Below, in pieces: positions 46,112 through 55,573 of a DNA stretch of 64,000 nt. Numbering within the stretch: position 1 is the first letter of the stretch; every line of letters begins with the position of its first letter. The DNA is from a plasmid: sequence record CP121101.1, one strand, 5' to 3'. The position numbers were made by a program, and so were the translations under genes. The notes under the pieces were generated by a model, which saw only the letters and a program-made list of their open reading frames with translations, had not been told where the DNA came from and did no database searches.

Positions 46112-47013
46112 TCAGCTGCCGCTCAAGGTGGCCAGCCAGCCCAGCGCCTGCGCCGCCAACACTCCACCGCCGGCGCCTTCCAGCACCACCCGCACACTGC
46201 CGGCCACGGCGCCGATCACCGGCCATTTTGGGTTAGGGGAGGCGGCCTGGGCCTTGAGGGTGTCCAGTTCGGCCTGCAACTCAGCACACGCCTCTCCCTG
46301 CAACTGCCCTTGCGCGATCACCTGCTGCAGCCACGGCAACAAGGCAGCCAGCGCCTCGGCCTTCTGCTCGCCTGTCGCTGTCTGCTGTTGCTGGCCGCCG
46401 GGCGAGCTCTGCATGAACTGAAAACCGGTCGCATTCCCCCCGATGTGAATGTTCACCGGCGCCAGCTGCTGGGCTTGCTGCTGCTGCTCCTGGGGGGTAA
46501 AGCTCATCCCGTCCCCCTGGATCCCTGCATCAGCCAAGTCAAGCGCCCAAGTCAGCAGCTTGTCTCGGACCGCCTCAATAAGCCCACGAACTTGGTTTGA
46601 CCCCAAGGCGAGTTCTGGCACCCCTGGCAGTGAAAGCTCTTGTATCAGAAATTGGCTCTGTTCGGGGGTGAAGAACGAACGAACAACTTCACCAGGTACA
46701 GCCAGGTCCTCCAAGGCCCCCATCGGATGACCAAACCGGGATTCCGTTATTAACCTGTTCATCTCGGCATTCCTAATTGGCAATGGAAGCCTCCCATGAC
46801 CAGGCACATCGACTTTGAGCTCACCTTGCAGCACACGGTAGGGCGGTAAATCCCCGGACTGCGGATAGCCTTGCAGTTCATGGTCTATCCAGGTGGCCCA
46901 CTCGGGCTGCTTGAGCAAGCGGGCGGCCACCATAGCCTTGCGCAGCAGGTCGGTAGTTTTGACGGTCGGATCGCTGGCCATGGCGCGATCAGCTCGGGGA
47001 TAAGGGCGGGCAT
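46112..47013 (-). CDS. Array paralog U3, AbiTii-like; 2-nt insertion near 46985 disrupts the first 10 codons; alternative start at MASDPTVKT
   Basis: ...ELIA|MASDPTVKTTDLLRKAMVAARLLKQPEWATWIDHELQGYPQSGDLPPYRVLQGELKV...; conserved C-terminus. Confidence 0.65.
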
Positions 47014-47192
47014 CGGGTGCTCCTAGGGGTCGACAAGGGGGGCCCATTGTACCCGGTTTGGCCCTGTCGATTGCAGCGCTGCGAGCGGGGCGGACCCCGC
47101 TCGCCCTCGCTGACCCGATTGGGGGCGGGCTTTGGCCGCTTACCAAGAAAGCAAACGCCCTGCATAAGCAGGGCGTGATCTGGGCACCATCG

Positions 47193-47471
47193 TTACAGGC
47201 CGTACTGGCCCACCTCGTGGATCCATTTTGTATCGTCATCGCTTGGCCGAGTCGCTGTATACCCTGCCCAACAGAAGAACAGCAGGGCGCCTATCACCAG
47301 CAACACCTGCACAACCATGAACCCCGCGCCGGCGCCATAACGATTATTTTTCAACTTCTCCAGTATCCCGATCCCAGCGGCAACTAACAGCACGATCAAC
47401 AGCGCTGTCATACCCTCCTGTCTGATCCCCGCTATCAGCATCCTCAACGCATCCCAAACCCAATCCATCAT
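47193..47471 (-). CDS. Small two-helix membrane protein (~92 aa), paralog of 45666..45944
   Basis: MMDWVWDALRMLIAGIRQEGMTALLIVLLVAAGIGILEKLKNNRYGAGAGFMVVQVLLVIGALLFFCWAGYTA. Confidence 0.55.
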   Translation of the reverse strand: MMDWVWDALRMLIAGIRQEGMTALLIVLLVAAGIGILEKLKNNRYGAGAGFMVVQVLLVIGALLFFCWAGYTATRPSDDDTKWIHEVGQYGL

Positions 47472-47762
47472 GTCACCCTCCAGAACAACAACCAGGCCGC
47501 ACCGTTGTGCGCAAAGCACTGTATCCATATACAGTCTCTTTAGCGTACCATGCCGCCACGCACGAGCGCACCACCGACCATCACTCCTTCGTCGAGTGAG
47601 CGGCGGGATCAGCGCTGGGCGGTAAGGGATGGCATCGGTTCGCCATCGCGCACCCACCAGCCGGCAAGCACAGCGCGGCAGTGTCCTTTTGCCCTTGGCT
47701 TTGGCCGTTGGCCCGGAAAACAAAGCGGGGCCGCAGCCCCGCTCATACCACGACGATAGCGA

Positions 47763-48643
47763 TCAGCCGCCGCTCAAGCTGGCCAGCCACTTCAGCACCA
47801 GCTCGCTCAGCACCCCGCCGCCGGCGCCTTGCAGCACGGCCAGCAGGCTACTACCGGCCAGCACGACGATCAGCGGCCATTTCCGCTTGGCGGTGGCGAC
47901 CTGGGGCTTGAGGCTGTCCTGCTCGCGCTGCCGCGTGTCGAGGTCTGCCGGCTGCCGTGGTGCATCCGTGCTCCCCTGCGCCAACCCGGACCCGGACGGG
48001 CCCGCGGCCTTCTGCTCGCCGGTAACTGTTTGCTGTTGCTGACCTCCCGGCGAGCTCACCATGACTTGGCCACCGTGGAACCCGCCCTCGATGTGAAAGG
48101 TCACCGGCGCCAACGGCTGAGGTGGGGAGGGCATCTTGTCCTCCTCGATCCCGGCCTCGGCCAGGTCGAGTGCCCTGCTCAGCAGCTTGTCCCGCACGGC
48201 ATCGATAAGGCCTCGTACCTGGTTAACCCCCAGCACCCGCTCCGGCACCCTCGAGATCCGCAGTGCCTGCATCATCTCGACGGCCACATCTGCAGCAAAG
48301 CAAAAACTCAGGGGTTTCCCTGGTATCACCGCCTCTTCCAGCGGGCCAACAGGCTGGCCACACCGGCACCAGGTATAAAGGTAGGCCACCTGGGGATCAT
48401 CAAACTGGATCGGGATCAGCCTACGCGCGGAGTCTCTGGCCATCAGCTCACACCGCATCTGGCGGTAGGGTGGCAACTCTACCTCGGATAGCCCTGCAGC
48501 TCATACCCGATCCAGGTAGCCCACTCGGGTTGCTTGAGCCGGCGGGCGACCACCAGGGCCTTGCGCAGCAGATCGGCGGTCTTGACGGTCGGATCGCTGG
48601 CCAGGGCGATCAGGTCAGATAGCGGGGTGGGCATCGAGGTGCT
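47763..48643 (-). pseudogene. Array paralog U2, AbiTii-like; frame broken after ...ELQGYPR* near 48480 and resuming at ORF 47763..48476
   Basis: MPTPLSDLIALASDPTVKTADLLRKALVVARRLKQPEWATWIGYELQGYP then a stop; the rest is in another frame. Confidence 0.5.
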
Positions 48644-48837
48644 CCAGGGCGACAAGGGAGGCCCAGTGTACCCGATTTGTCACGGTTGATTGCAGCGCTG
48701 CAAGCGGCAGGATCCCGGTCCCTCGCGGTGTCGGATTTGGGGCGGGCTTTTGCCGCTGACCAAGAAAGTAAAAGCCCCGCAGGGCGGGGCAATGTGTGAC
48801 GGCAAGGCCGGTGATCACGGTCGGGGCGGGGGGGCAG

Positions 48838-49122
48838 TCACCTGACCTTGTGGAAGATGATGAGGATCAGGGGGACGCAGATCAGGAAGCCCAGGGAGGC
48901 CGCGTCAAACACCACGCCGGTGGCTTGCATCACCGCGTCCATCATGGCGCGGTGATACTCCAACGAGACGGGGCCAGTCCCGATCACGCTCTCCTTCTCA
49001 GCAATGTGCCCGAAGCTGGTAGAAGCCACCCCCAGCCAGAGGTAATAGCCCAGGGAAACCAGCGCAATGCCGGCCCAACGTAACACGGTTTTACTCTTAC
49101 TTGCTGATATGACTTTATCCAT
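48838..49122 (-). CDS. Small membrane protein (94 aa)
   Basis: Two hydrophobic helices: GIALVSLGYYLWLGVAS and GFLICVPLILIIF. Confidence 0.45.
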   Translation of the reverse strand: MDKVISASKSKTVLRWAGIALVSLGYYLWLGVASTSFGHIAEKESVIGTGPVSLEYHRAMMDAVMQATGVVFDAASLGFLICVPLILIIFHKVR

Positions 49123-49225
49123 CTAGTCGTCCATCCACCGCGCCACCGGAATACGGTTTCCGCCATCCACACGACACCTTTCAGAATAATCACAGCGAAA
49201 AATAGTACCGCTATATATTATGTCA

Positions 49226-49516
49226 TCACTTATTGCCGCCCATGTTACTATATTTAGTTTTTCTATTTTCGACCCACCTCACAACTAATAAATATGAAAA
49301 GTAAAGCGCGGCGAATGAAATCACTGAGCCAAAATAAAGAAAATAAATCATGTCGTACACGCCATTGACTAGGCGGCTATACTCAGTGCCAATTAAATCA
49401 AACTCTAATCCATATTTTATATTGACCAATACGAGAACCAATATTGCGCTCATGATTATAAAATGAATCACAAAGGGCATTGCCACCCCTGTTATTTTAA
49501 GGATTTTCTTAATCAT
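49226..49516 (-). CDS. Small polytopic membrane protein (96 aa) in a low-GC island; candidate immunity protein
   Basis: AT-rich; starts immediately downstream of the toxin-like gene. Confidence 0.45.
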   Translation of the reverse strand: MIKKILKITGVAMPFVIHFIIMSAILVLVLVNIKYGLEFDLIGTEYSRLVNGVYDMIYFLYFGSVISFAALYFSYLLVVRWVENRKTKYSNMGGNK

Positions 49517-50429
49517 TGCTGCTACCTAATGAACCACCAAATGTCCCTGGGGAAACGCCACTTGAGCTGCCACCTGCAGCACCGGAACTATTGCCGGAGG
49601 AACCAAGGGTTTCTCCAATAGGTCCTGCACTCTTCATTGGCGATAAGCCCTCACCGTTCGGGATGGCTGTCTTCATAGCCGAAGTCACCTCAACTACAAG
49701 CATGTCAGAGCTTGAGGCTAGCTGTGACAGGTGGCGTTCGAGTGATGACGGTATGACGAAGTCCTCTGTGTACGTGTTCCCTATCGGCCCGTTGACAGTG
49801 AAGACGCTTGTCCCTGCCAGCTTCAACGCATCAACGGAAGTCGTTGTGCAGTTACTACCAGTTAGATCGTATTTATTTATCACTCTGCCAGTTTCTTTTA
49901 TTTTATCTTTTTCTGGTTGAGTGGAACTGGAAAGCCATTTTCTTTGGAATATTGCCAACGTCAAATTTTTCTCATCTACATCCATGATTTTAAATGCTCT
50001 CGCATTCATGCTATATAGTTCGTGTTGATAATACTCCCGAGCTTTTGCAAAGCCATATTGAATAAGTACGCCGTCACCGACAGGGGATACAGGATTACCA
50101 TCAAATCGACCGTATGTGTATACGTGCATACTCCACTCTTTGTGGACTGAAATAAAGGCGTGCCCGGTTCCCTTTGTTTCAGTCCACAGAAATACACCGT
50201 TTGCTAAAATATCTCGTGGATTTTCGCAAATTTCATTTGCTATCCAATGCCCTTTGTTCGTTTCAATTAAGGTGACGCTGCCACGATCATCAGATCGAAA
50301 GCTTGAGGTTTTCTCGCCTTCCCATTCGCTTTTACCCCAGCGCTGCCATCCACCATTCCACCACTGCCCACTTCTGCTCGGATCCACATTTCCTCCACAG
50401 CCTTGCTTCCCAAAAAACCATTGTGCCAT
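49509..50429 (-). CDS. Putative secreted or cytotoxic hydrolase-like protein (~306 aa) in a low-GC island, with a Gly/Ser-rich C-terminal tail
   Basis: Trp/Gly-rich N-region, TGHAFISVH and LTGSNCTTTSVDALK motifs weakly resembling papain-fold hydrolases, GSSGNSSGAAGGSSSG tail; GC far below the flanks. Confidence 0.4.
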   Translation of the reverse strand: MAQWFFGKQGCGGNVDPSRSGQWWNGGWQRWGKSEWEGEKTSSFRSDDRGSVTLIETNKGHWIANEICENPRDILANGVFLWTETKGTGHAFISVHKEWSMHVYTYGRFDGNPVSPVGDGVLIQYGFAKAREYYQHELYSMNARAFKIMDVDEKNLTLAIFQRKWLSSSTQPEKDKIKETGRVINKYDLTGSNCTTTSVDALKLAGTSVFTVNGPIGNTYTEDFVIPSSLERHLSQLASSSDMLVVEVTSAMKTAIPNGEGLSPMKSAGPIGETLGSSGNSSGAAGGSSSGVSPGTFGGSLGSSND

Positions 50430-50591
50430 GTATGGGTAATCCGACCAACCGAGCGGATACCCAGACAAGTCACCGTCTGTCCGTTGCCGTACTGCAACTG
50501 GGAGCAGCGCTAGGCGGTAAGCGAGGACATCGGTTCGCCATCGCACACCCGCCAGCAGGTAAGCGCAGAGCGGTAGCCCTCCCCCGCGCCA

Positions 50592-51488
50592 TCAGCTGCC
50601 GCTCAAGGTGGCCAGCCTGCCCAACACTGCTTCCGTCAGTACCCCGCTGCCGGCCCCTTCCAGGATCGCCCGCACACTGTTGGCCACGGCGCCGATCACC
50701 GGCCACTTGGGCTTAGGGGAGGCGGCCTGGGCCTTGAGGGTATCCAGCTCGGCCTGCAGCTCCGCACACGCTTCTCCCTGCAGTTGCCCTTGCGCGATCA
50801 CCTGTTGTAGCCACGGCAACAAGGCCGCCAGGGCAACTTCCTTCTGTTCAATCGTCACAGTCTGCTGTTGCTGACCGCCGGGCGAGTTTTGCATCAACTG
50901 AAGACCATGAGCATCTCCATTGATGTGAATGTGGGTTACCGGCGCCACCTGCTGGGCTTGCTGCCGCTCTTGAGAAGTGAAGCTCATGCCTTCCCCCAAG
51001 ATCCCCTCCTTTTCAAGCTGCAGTGCCCAATTCAAAACCTGATTTCTGACCGCCCCCAAGATCCGGTTCATGCTGGCCAACGTGAACCGACGAAGAGGGG
51101 TACAGTTCGTATCACATGCCGCCCGCAAGGCATCAGCTTCGCGCGGGGAAAATTGCATATGAATATCGTCAGATTCAGCACACCACCCCTCAATCTCGTC
51201 AACAGGCGTGTCAAAGTGGCAGAGTTGCCATCGAAATGCGGCCTCTGCAGACGGAAAGACCACCCCCTTCAGTCCATGGTGCCCATCGATCAGGACTTCT
51301 CCTTGTACATGCCGATAGACTGGGATGGCATCATCCGGCCCGTATCCATTGAGCTCGTGTCCAAGCCAGGTAACCCACTCGGGCAACTGCAGGCGGTGGG
51401 CCGCCACTAGGGCGCGGCGTAGCAGATCAGCGGTTTTAACGGCCGGATCGTTGGCCAGGGCAATCAGTTCGGGGATGAGTGCGGGCAT
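50592..51488 (-). CDS. Array paralog U1, AbiTii-like (298 aa, intact)
   Basis: MPALIPELIALANDPAVKTADLLRRALVAAHRLQLPEWVTWLGHELNGYGPDD...GGQQQQTVTIEQKEVALAALLPWLQQVIAQGQLQGEACAELQAELDTLKAQAASPKPKWPVIGAVANSVRAILEGAGSG. Confidence 0.7.
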   Translation of the reverse strand: MPALIPELIALANDPAVKTADLLRRALVAAHRLQLPEWVTWLGHELNGYGPDDAIPVYRHVQGEVLIDGHHGLKGVVFPSAEAAFRWQLCHFDTPVDEIEGWCAESDDIHMQFSPREADALRAACDTNCTPLRRFTLASMNRILGAVRNQVLNWALQLEKEGILGEGMSFTSQERQQAQQVAPVTHIHINGDAHGLQLMQNSPGGQQQQTVTIEQKEVALAALLPWLQQVIAQGQLQGEACAELQAELDTLKAQAASPKPKWPVIGAVANSVRAILEGAGSGVLTEAVLGRLATLSGS

Positions 51489-51985
51489 GGACGTGCTCCT
51501 AAGCGATATTAGGCCCCCATTGTACTCGGTTTCGGTAGTTTGGATTGCAGGGCTGCAAACGGCAGGATCCCGCTCGTCCTCAATGGCCGGTTTTTCAAAT
51601 CCCTCTTACTGCTATTAGCGTCTGGTGTACCATTCACGGGAGCAAACACCGCCATCCGGTTCGAACACCCCCATATGGCCAGATAGCCACGCACGGTGAA
51701 GCTCTGTGCCAACAATCAGCCTCCTCAACCAACGTGGCCATAGATGTTGCTGATATCCCTCAAGATATGCCCACAGAAGAATCCGCTTACTCATTTTTTC
51801 CTTTCTCAACGAGGTTGAGTGCATGGTAGGAGATACCTGCTAACTCCCGCCACACACATCACAATCAGGTTCGCCCGGTAGTACGTCGCCGGCCGGGGTC
51901 TTGTGCGGGGCGTCTTGTTCGGCGGCATGGCTGCCGAACAACCGACCCAGGCGGTTAACAAGGGTCATCGGGTGCGTCGTCACCG

Positions 51986-52318
51986 TCATTGTCGCAAGAT
52001 CAGATGCCGATACAGGGCATCCTCGATGCTCTGGCGCTGGTGCAGCACCAGCAGGATATAGGCCGCATCGGGCAGCACACTGTAGAGCACCCGGTAGCCC
52101 TTCTGATCGATACGCTCGCGCACATCGAGGCCATAGTCAGCGGTCGCCGGGCACTGGCGATAGAGCAGGGGATTGGCACTGATCGCCGCCACGGCCTCGG
52201 TCAGCAACGTCTCCACCAGGACGGCGGCCTGCTCGGGCCCGCAGTGCACCGCATTGAAGGCTTCGATGTCCTGCAGGCAGGTCAGCGCGGTCGCGGTCAC
52301 GCGCACCGACAGCGTCAT
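51986..52318 (-). CDS. parE: Type II toxin, ParE/RelE family (110 aa)
   Basis: Size, position downstream of the antitoxin with overlap, and ParE-like sequence character. Confidence 0.5.
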   Translation of the reverse strand: MTLSVRVTATALTCLQDIEAFNAVHCGPEQAAVLVETLLTEAVAAISANPLLYRQCPATADYGLDVRERIDQKGYRVLYSVLPDAAYILLVLHQRQSIEDALYRHLILRQ

Positions 52319-52596
52319 GTGCGGGCCGCCCGCAGCAGGGCCAGGGCTTCATCCTCGCTGTAGCTGCGACCTGGCCGGCCAATGTCCTGGGTGGCCAGGG
52401 CGACCAGCTTGACCAGCGCCTTATCTTCCCGCGCCTGGTGCAGATCGGCCAGCTCTTGGGAGCGGTCGGCGGCGGTGGTGATAAACAACTCGGGGGTGCC
52501 GTTCTTTGTGACGTAGACCCCGCCGCTGAAATTCTCTGGAGTGCCCAACGCCTCGCGCGCGGCGCGCTGGGACATGGCTTTGACGACTTCTCTCAT
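52315..52596 (-). CDS. Type II antitoxin, Phd/YefM-ParD-like (~93 aa)
   Basis: MREVVKAMSQRAAREALGTPENFSGGVYVTKNGTPELFITT...; overlaps the toxin gene by 4 nt. Confidence 0.5.
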   Translation of the reverse strand: MREVVKAMSQRAAREALGTPENFSGGVYVTKNGTPELFITTAADRSQELADLHQAREDKALVKLVALATQDIGRPGRSYSEDEALALLRAART

Positions 52597-53371
52597 GGCG
52601 TTATCTCTTACTGGTGTCCGTGATGGGATCAGTATACCCCTGCCCGGAACGCAGCGGTACAAAATTGATTACCAATATTACCCACTAACCCGCCGTGCCG
52701 GTTGTAGGGCTGCAAGTGGCAGGATCCCGGCCCCTCGCTGGCCAGATTTGGGGCGGGCTTTGGCCGCTGACCAAGACTCCCAAATCCCCTTAGCCATCCC
52801 CTCACCACAACATATGGTGCCTTTGCAGCTGGCCGGGGACACTATATCTAGTGGATCTGGCGAGGATCTGCCCCGCGCCGCGCCCTTCCTGGCTCCCCCC
52901 GCGCTTTTGACTTTTCGCACTATCCGGTAAAACTCCCAAACCGGCGCCGGGCCGGCGCGGATTTATTGGCCCTGACAGCGGCCCCCGGATCTGGCATCCT
53001 GCCGATCACCGACTTCCCCCCCGCGACGAGGATCCCGATGCAGATCACCCCGCTTGGCCATGGCCACCCCCTGGCCACCCTGCACCAGGGCGGCCCCCTG
53101 GTGCGCCCCGTTATCCCTTGGCCCATAAAGTGCGGGTGGTGCTGGCCGATGGAACTGGCTGAAAGAGACAGAGGGGGAGGGATATAACATTGGTGGTGCT
53201 GACGCCGCGGTGCTGCTACAGGAAAACCCGCAATTTACGGGAAGGTGGAGTTGACGCTGGCCGGCACAGCCCACAGGATAGGGGACGCAAACAGCCCTCG
53301 CGTCAACGGCGCTCGGGGTTATCAAAATCACTTTTGAACAATCAATATCAACATTCGATGGAGTCCTTGCC

Positions 53372-54286
53372 ATGTTTGCCACCACTGTGCGCTTTATGAA
53401 GCATCAGCTGGGCCACCCCGCCCGCCTGAATGCCCTGCTGGCCACCGATCCCGCCCTGGGCTATGCCCTCGAGCTGCCCCCCTCTGTCAGTACCGACAGC
53501 ATCACTCGCTGGCACGAATGGCGACCAGCAGGCTGGAACGCCCAACCCGGCGAGCTGCGCGGCTGGGCACGGATCAATGGCCAATACCAGGGTCATGCCA
53601 TCCTGAACGGTGCGCTGGCCACCCTCTGCGAACAGGCACAATTTGAAGACTGGACGTGTGATATTCGCCAAGTGCAGGTGCTCTCTGCCTCCAAGAGCCC
53701 CCTCGAAGCCTTTGCCGATCTGGATGCCTTTGCCGAGGCCCGTTGCCGGGGCTACCTCGATGACGCCAGCTCCGACAACATCGCCCGCAACCTGGTCCAT
53801 GGCGAGGTCAGGATCATGCAACCGGGTCGCGGCGACTATTTTCTCTACCACGGCTGGGATGGCCGGCTCTGCCTCATCAACAGCGGCGGCAGTCACCACT
53901 TTGCCACCGCCCGTTACCTGGCCGGCGTCGCCCGCCAACCGGTCGAGCTCAAAGGGATGCTCAAGGGCTACCTGCTCAACCCTGCCGCCGTCACCGGCCT
54001 GACAGACGAATATGAGCTGTTCGCCATCACCCGGGATCCGCTGCTCTGGGATGAGTTGTTTGAGTCGATGCGTGCATTGCAGGCCACCTGGTTTGCCGGC
54101 GACTTACCCCGCCCTCACCGCGAGGGGCGGGCACTGCTGCTGCCCAGGGACGACCGCAATTCGATGAAGGTGGCCAGCGCCCTGCGCAAGGCCGGAGTGA
54201 CCGATCTAGGGAGTTACCTGCAGCGGCAAGTCCATCGCCAACATGACTATCCGGTCGGGGCGATCATGGCCGGTTGTCACGGGTAA
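53372..54286 (+). CDS. Hypothetical protein (304 aa)
   Basis: Long ORF with typical GC. Confidence 0.45.
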   Translation: MFATTVRFMKHQLGHPARLNALLATDPALGYALELPPSVSTDSITRWHEWRPAGWNAQPGELRGWARINGQYQGHAILNGALATLCEQAQFEDWTCDIRQVQVLSASKSPLEAFADLDAFAEARCRGYLDDASSDNIARNLVHGEVRIMQPGRGDYFLYHGWDGRLCLINSGGSHHFATARYLAGVARQPVELKGMLKGYLLNPAAVTGLTDEYELFAITRDPLLWDELFESMRALQATWFAGDLPRPHREGRALLLPRDDRNSMKVASALRKAGVTDLGSYLQRQVHRQHDYPVGAIMAGCHG

Positions 54287-55120
54287 CCCCGCACCGTGGA
54301 CAACAGCCCAGTCCACAGAGGACAAGCCCCTGCTGGACGGCCTGCGGTATGGCACTTGTCCATCGCGTTAAGAACCTCTTAATTCTAATGACTGACTGCA
54401 GTGGCGTGTGCCATAGAGGATGTCGAAGGTGAATCTGTGTGTGAGCTGATGCCATAGACATATCGGTGAACGGACATGAAGGATTCAACAAGCGAGGGGC
54501 TAATTGATACACCACAGAACGATATGGTTAGCAGGGGGGTGTAGATGGACTATGAGTAGGGGCCAAGTCGATTAGCTGGTTCCCTCATATCCTCCGGAGA
54601 CAATGGCCAGATTAGCCCGTTACAGAACAGAATTAATAGATGGTTAGGAGAGCATAGTCAGCAAACCATTCTTCAAACACCACGAATGCGGATTTTAGCT
54701 GCCATTCATGACCCCTGGATCAAATCCCAACGATCATTCTACCGATTCGAGTCGTGTTGCTTCAGCATGGTTCAGCCACATCATTATAGCCTCAGTATGA
54801 TTTGACGATAAGTTTATGCCCTGATCACTGCAATGCTGAAGCCATGTCAATACAGAAGAGGATGTTGAGTCAACAATGATCTCTGTGAGCTCTAAATGGA
54901 TGTGGCAACCAGGTGGAAGAATGCTCGCGTACATGATCATAATTTCGCCCAATGAAGGTGCTATTTGTGTATCTGTGGCCATAGTATCTGTCTATCAATT
55001 TATCCCTCGGCAGCATAGCTCAAAGCTCTCTTGATAATCGGGTACGAATTGATAGGGGGGTTTTTGCATGCCGGTAGATAGCATGTAGAATACCAAAAAA
55101 CATCGAAAAATGAGTGGGTT

Positions 55121-55573
55121 ATGACACAAGAATACGGCAAGGCGTTCAAAGTGTACCGGCAGGATCTATCAATGGCCGCCACCTTCCAGGCAGTGAAGGC
55201 CTCCGCCGGATATCCGACTGTGAGACTGGAGTTGGCACCAATGTCCGGAAGCAATGCGAACTGGGAAAATAAGTGGGGGATTAATATCTCATTCAAGGAG
55301 CTGCATGCAGTTGCGTCTGTCCTGACGGGCCTTAAGAAGACTTGCTCTGGCTCTTTCCATGGCGAAGAGAAAAACCATAGCTATGAATTTTTAAACACTG
55401 GAGTAGGGGTCAAGCTGGTGATACATTTCGCAGGCCATGGGCGTTCGATAACTCTCAATGGCAATGATTCTTTCTGGTTGTCGACCCTGGTCATTGATGC
55501 CATATCGCAAAATGCTCCCCCGGGATTTGCAAACAACCTCATTATGCCGCTCATTCAAAGAACACAATTCTGA
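55121..55573 (+). CDS. Hypothetical protein (150 aa), lower GC
   Basis: ORF followed by the hairpin GCGCCGAT...ATCGGCGC at ~55587..55615. Confidence 0.4.
   Translation: MTQEYGKAFKVYRQDLSMAATFQAVKASAGYPTVRLELAPMSGSNANWENKWGINISFKELHAVASVLTGLKKTCSGSFHGEEKNHSYEFLNTGVGVKLVIHFAGHGRSITLNGNDSFWLSTLVIDAISQNAPPGFANNLIMPLIQRTQF

Noticed and set aside
39017-52715. LexA boxes upstream of array paralogs
   Set aside because: The upstream dyad TTGCAGCGCTGCAA does not match CTGT-N8-ACAG; only umuD has a true LexA box
53348-53938. 196-aa minus-strand ORF
   Set aside because: Fully antisense to the longer 53372..54286 plus-strand ORF; GC-rich artefact
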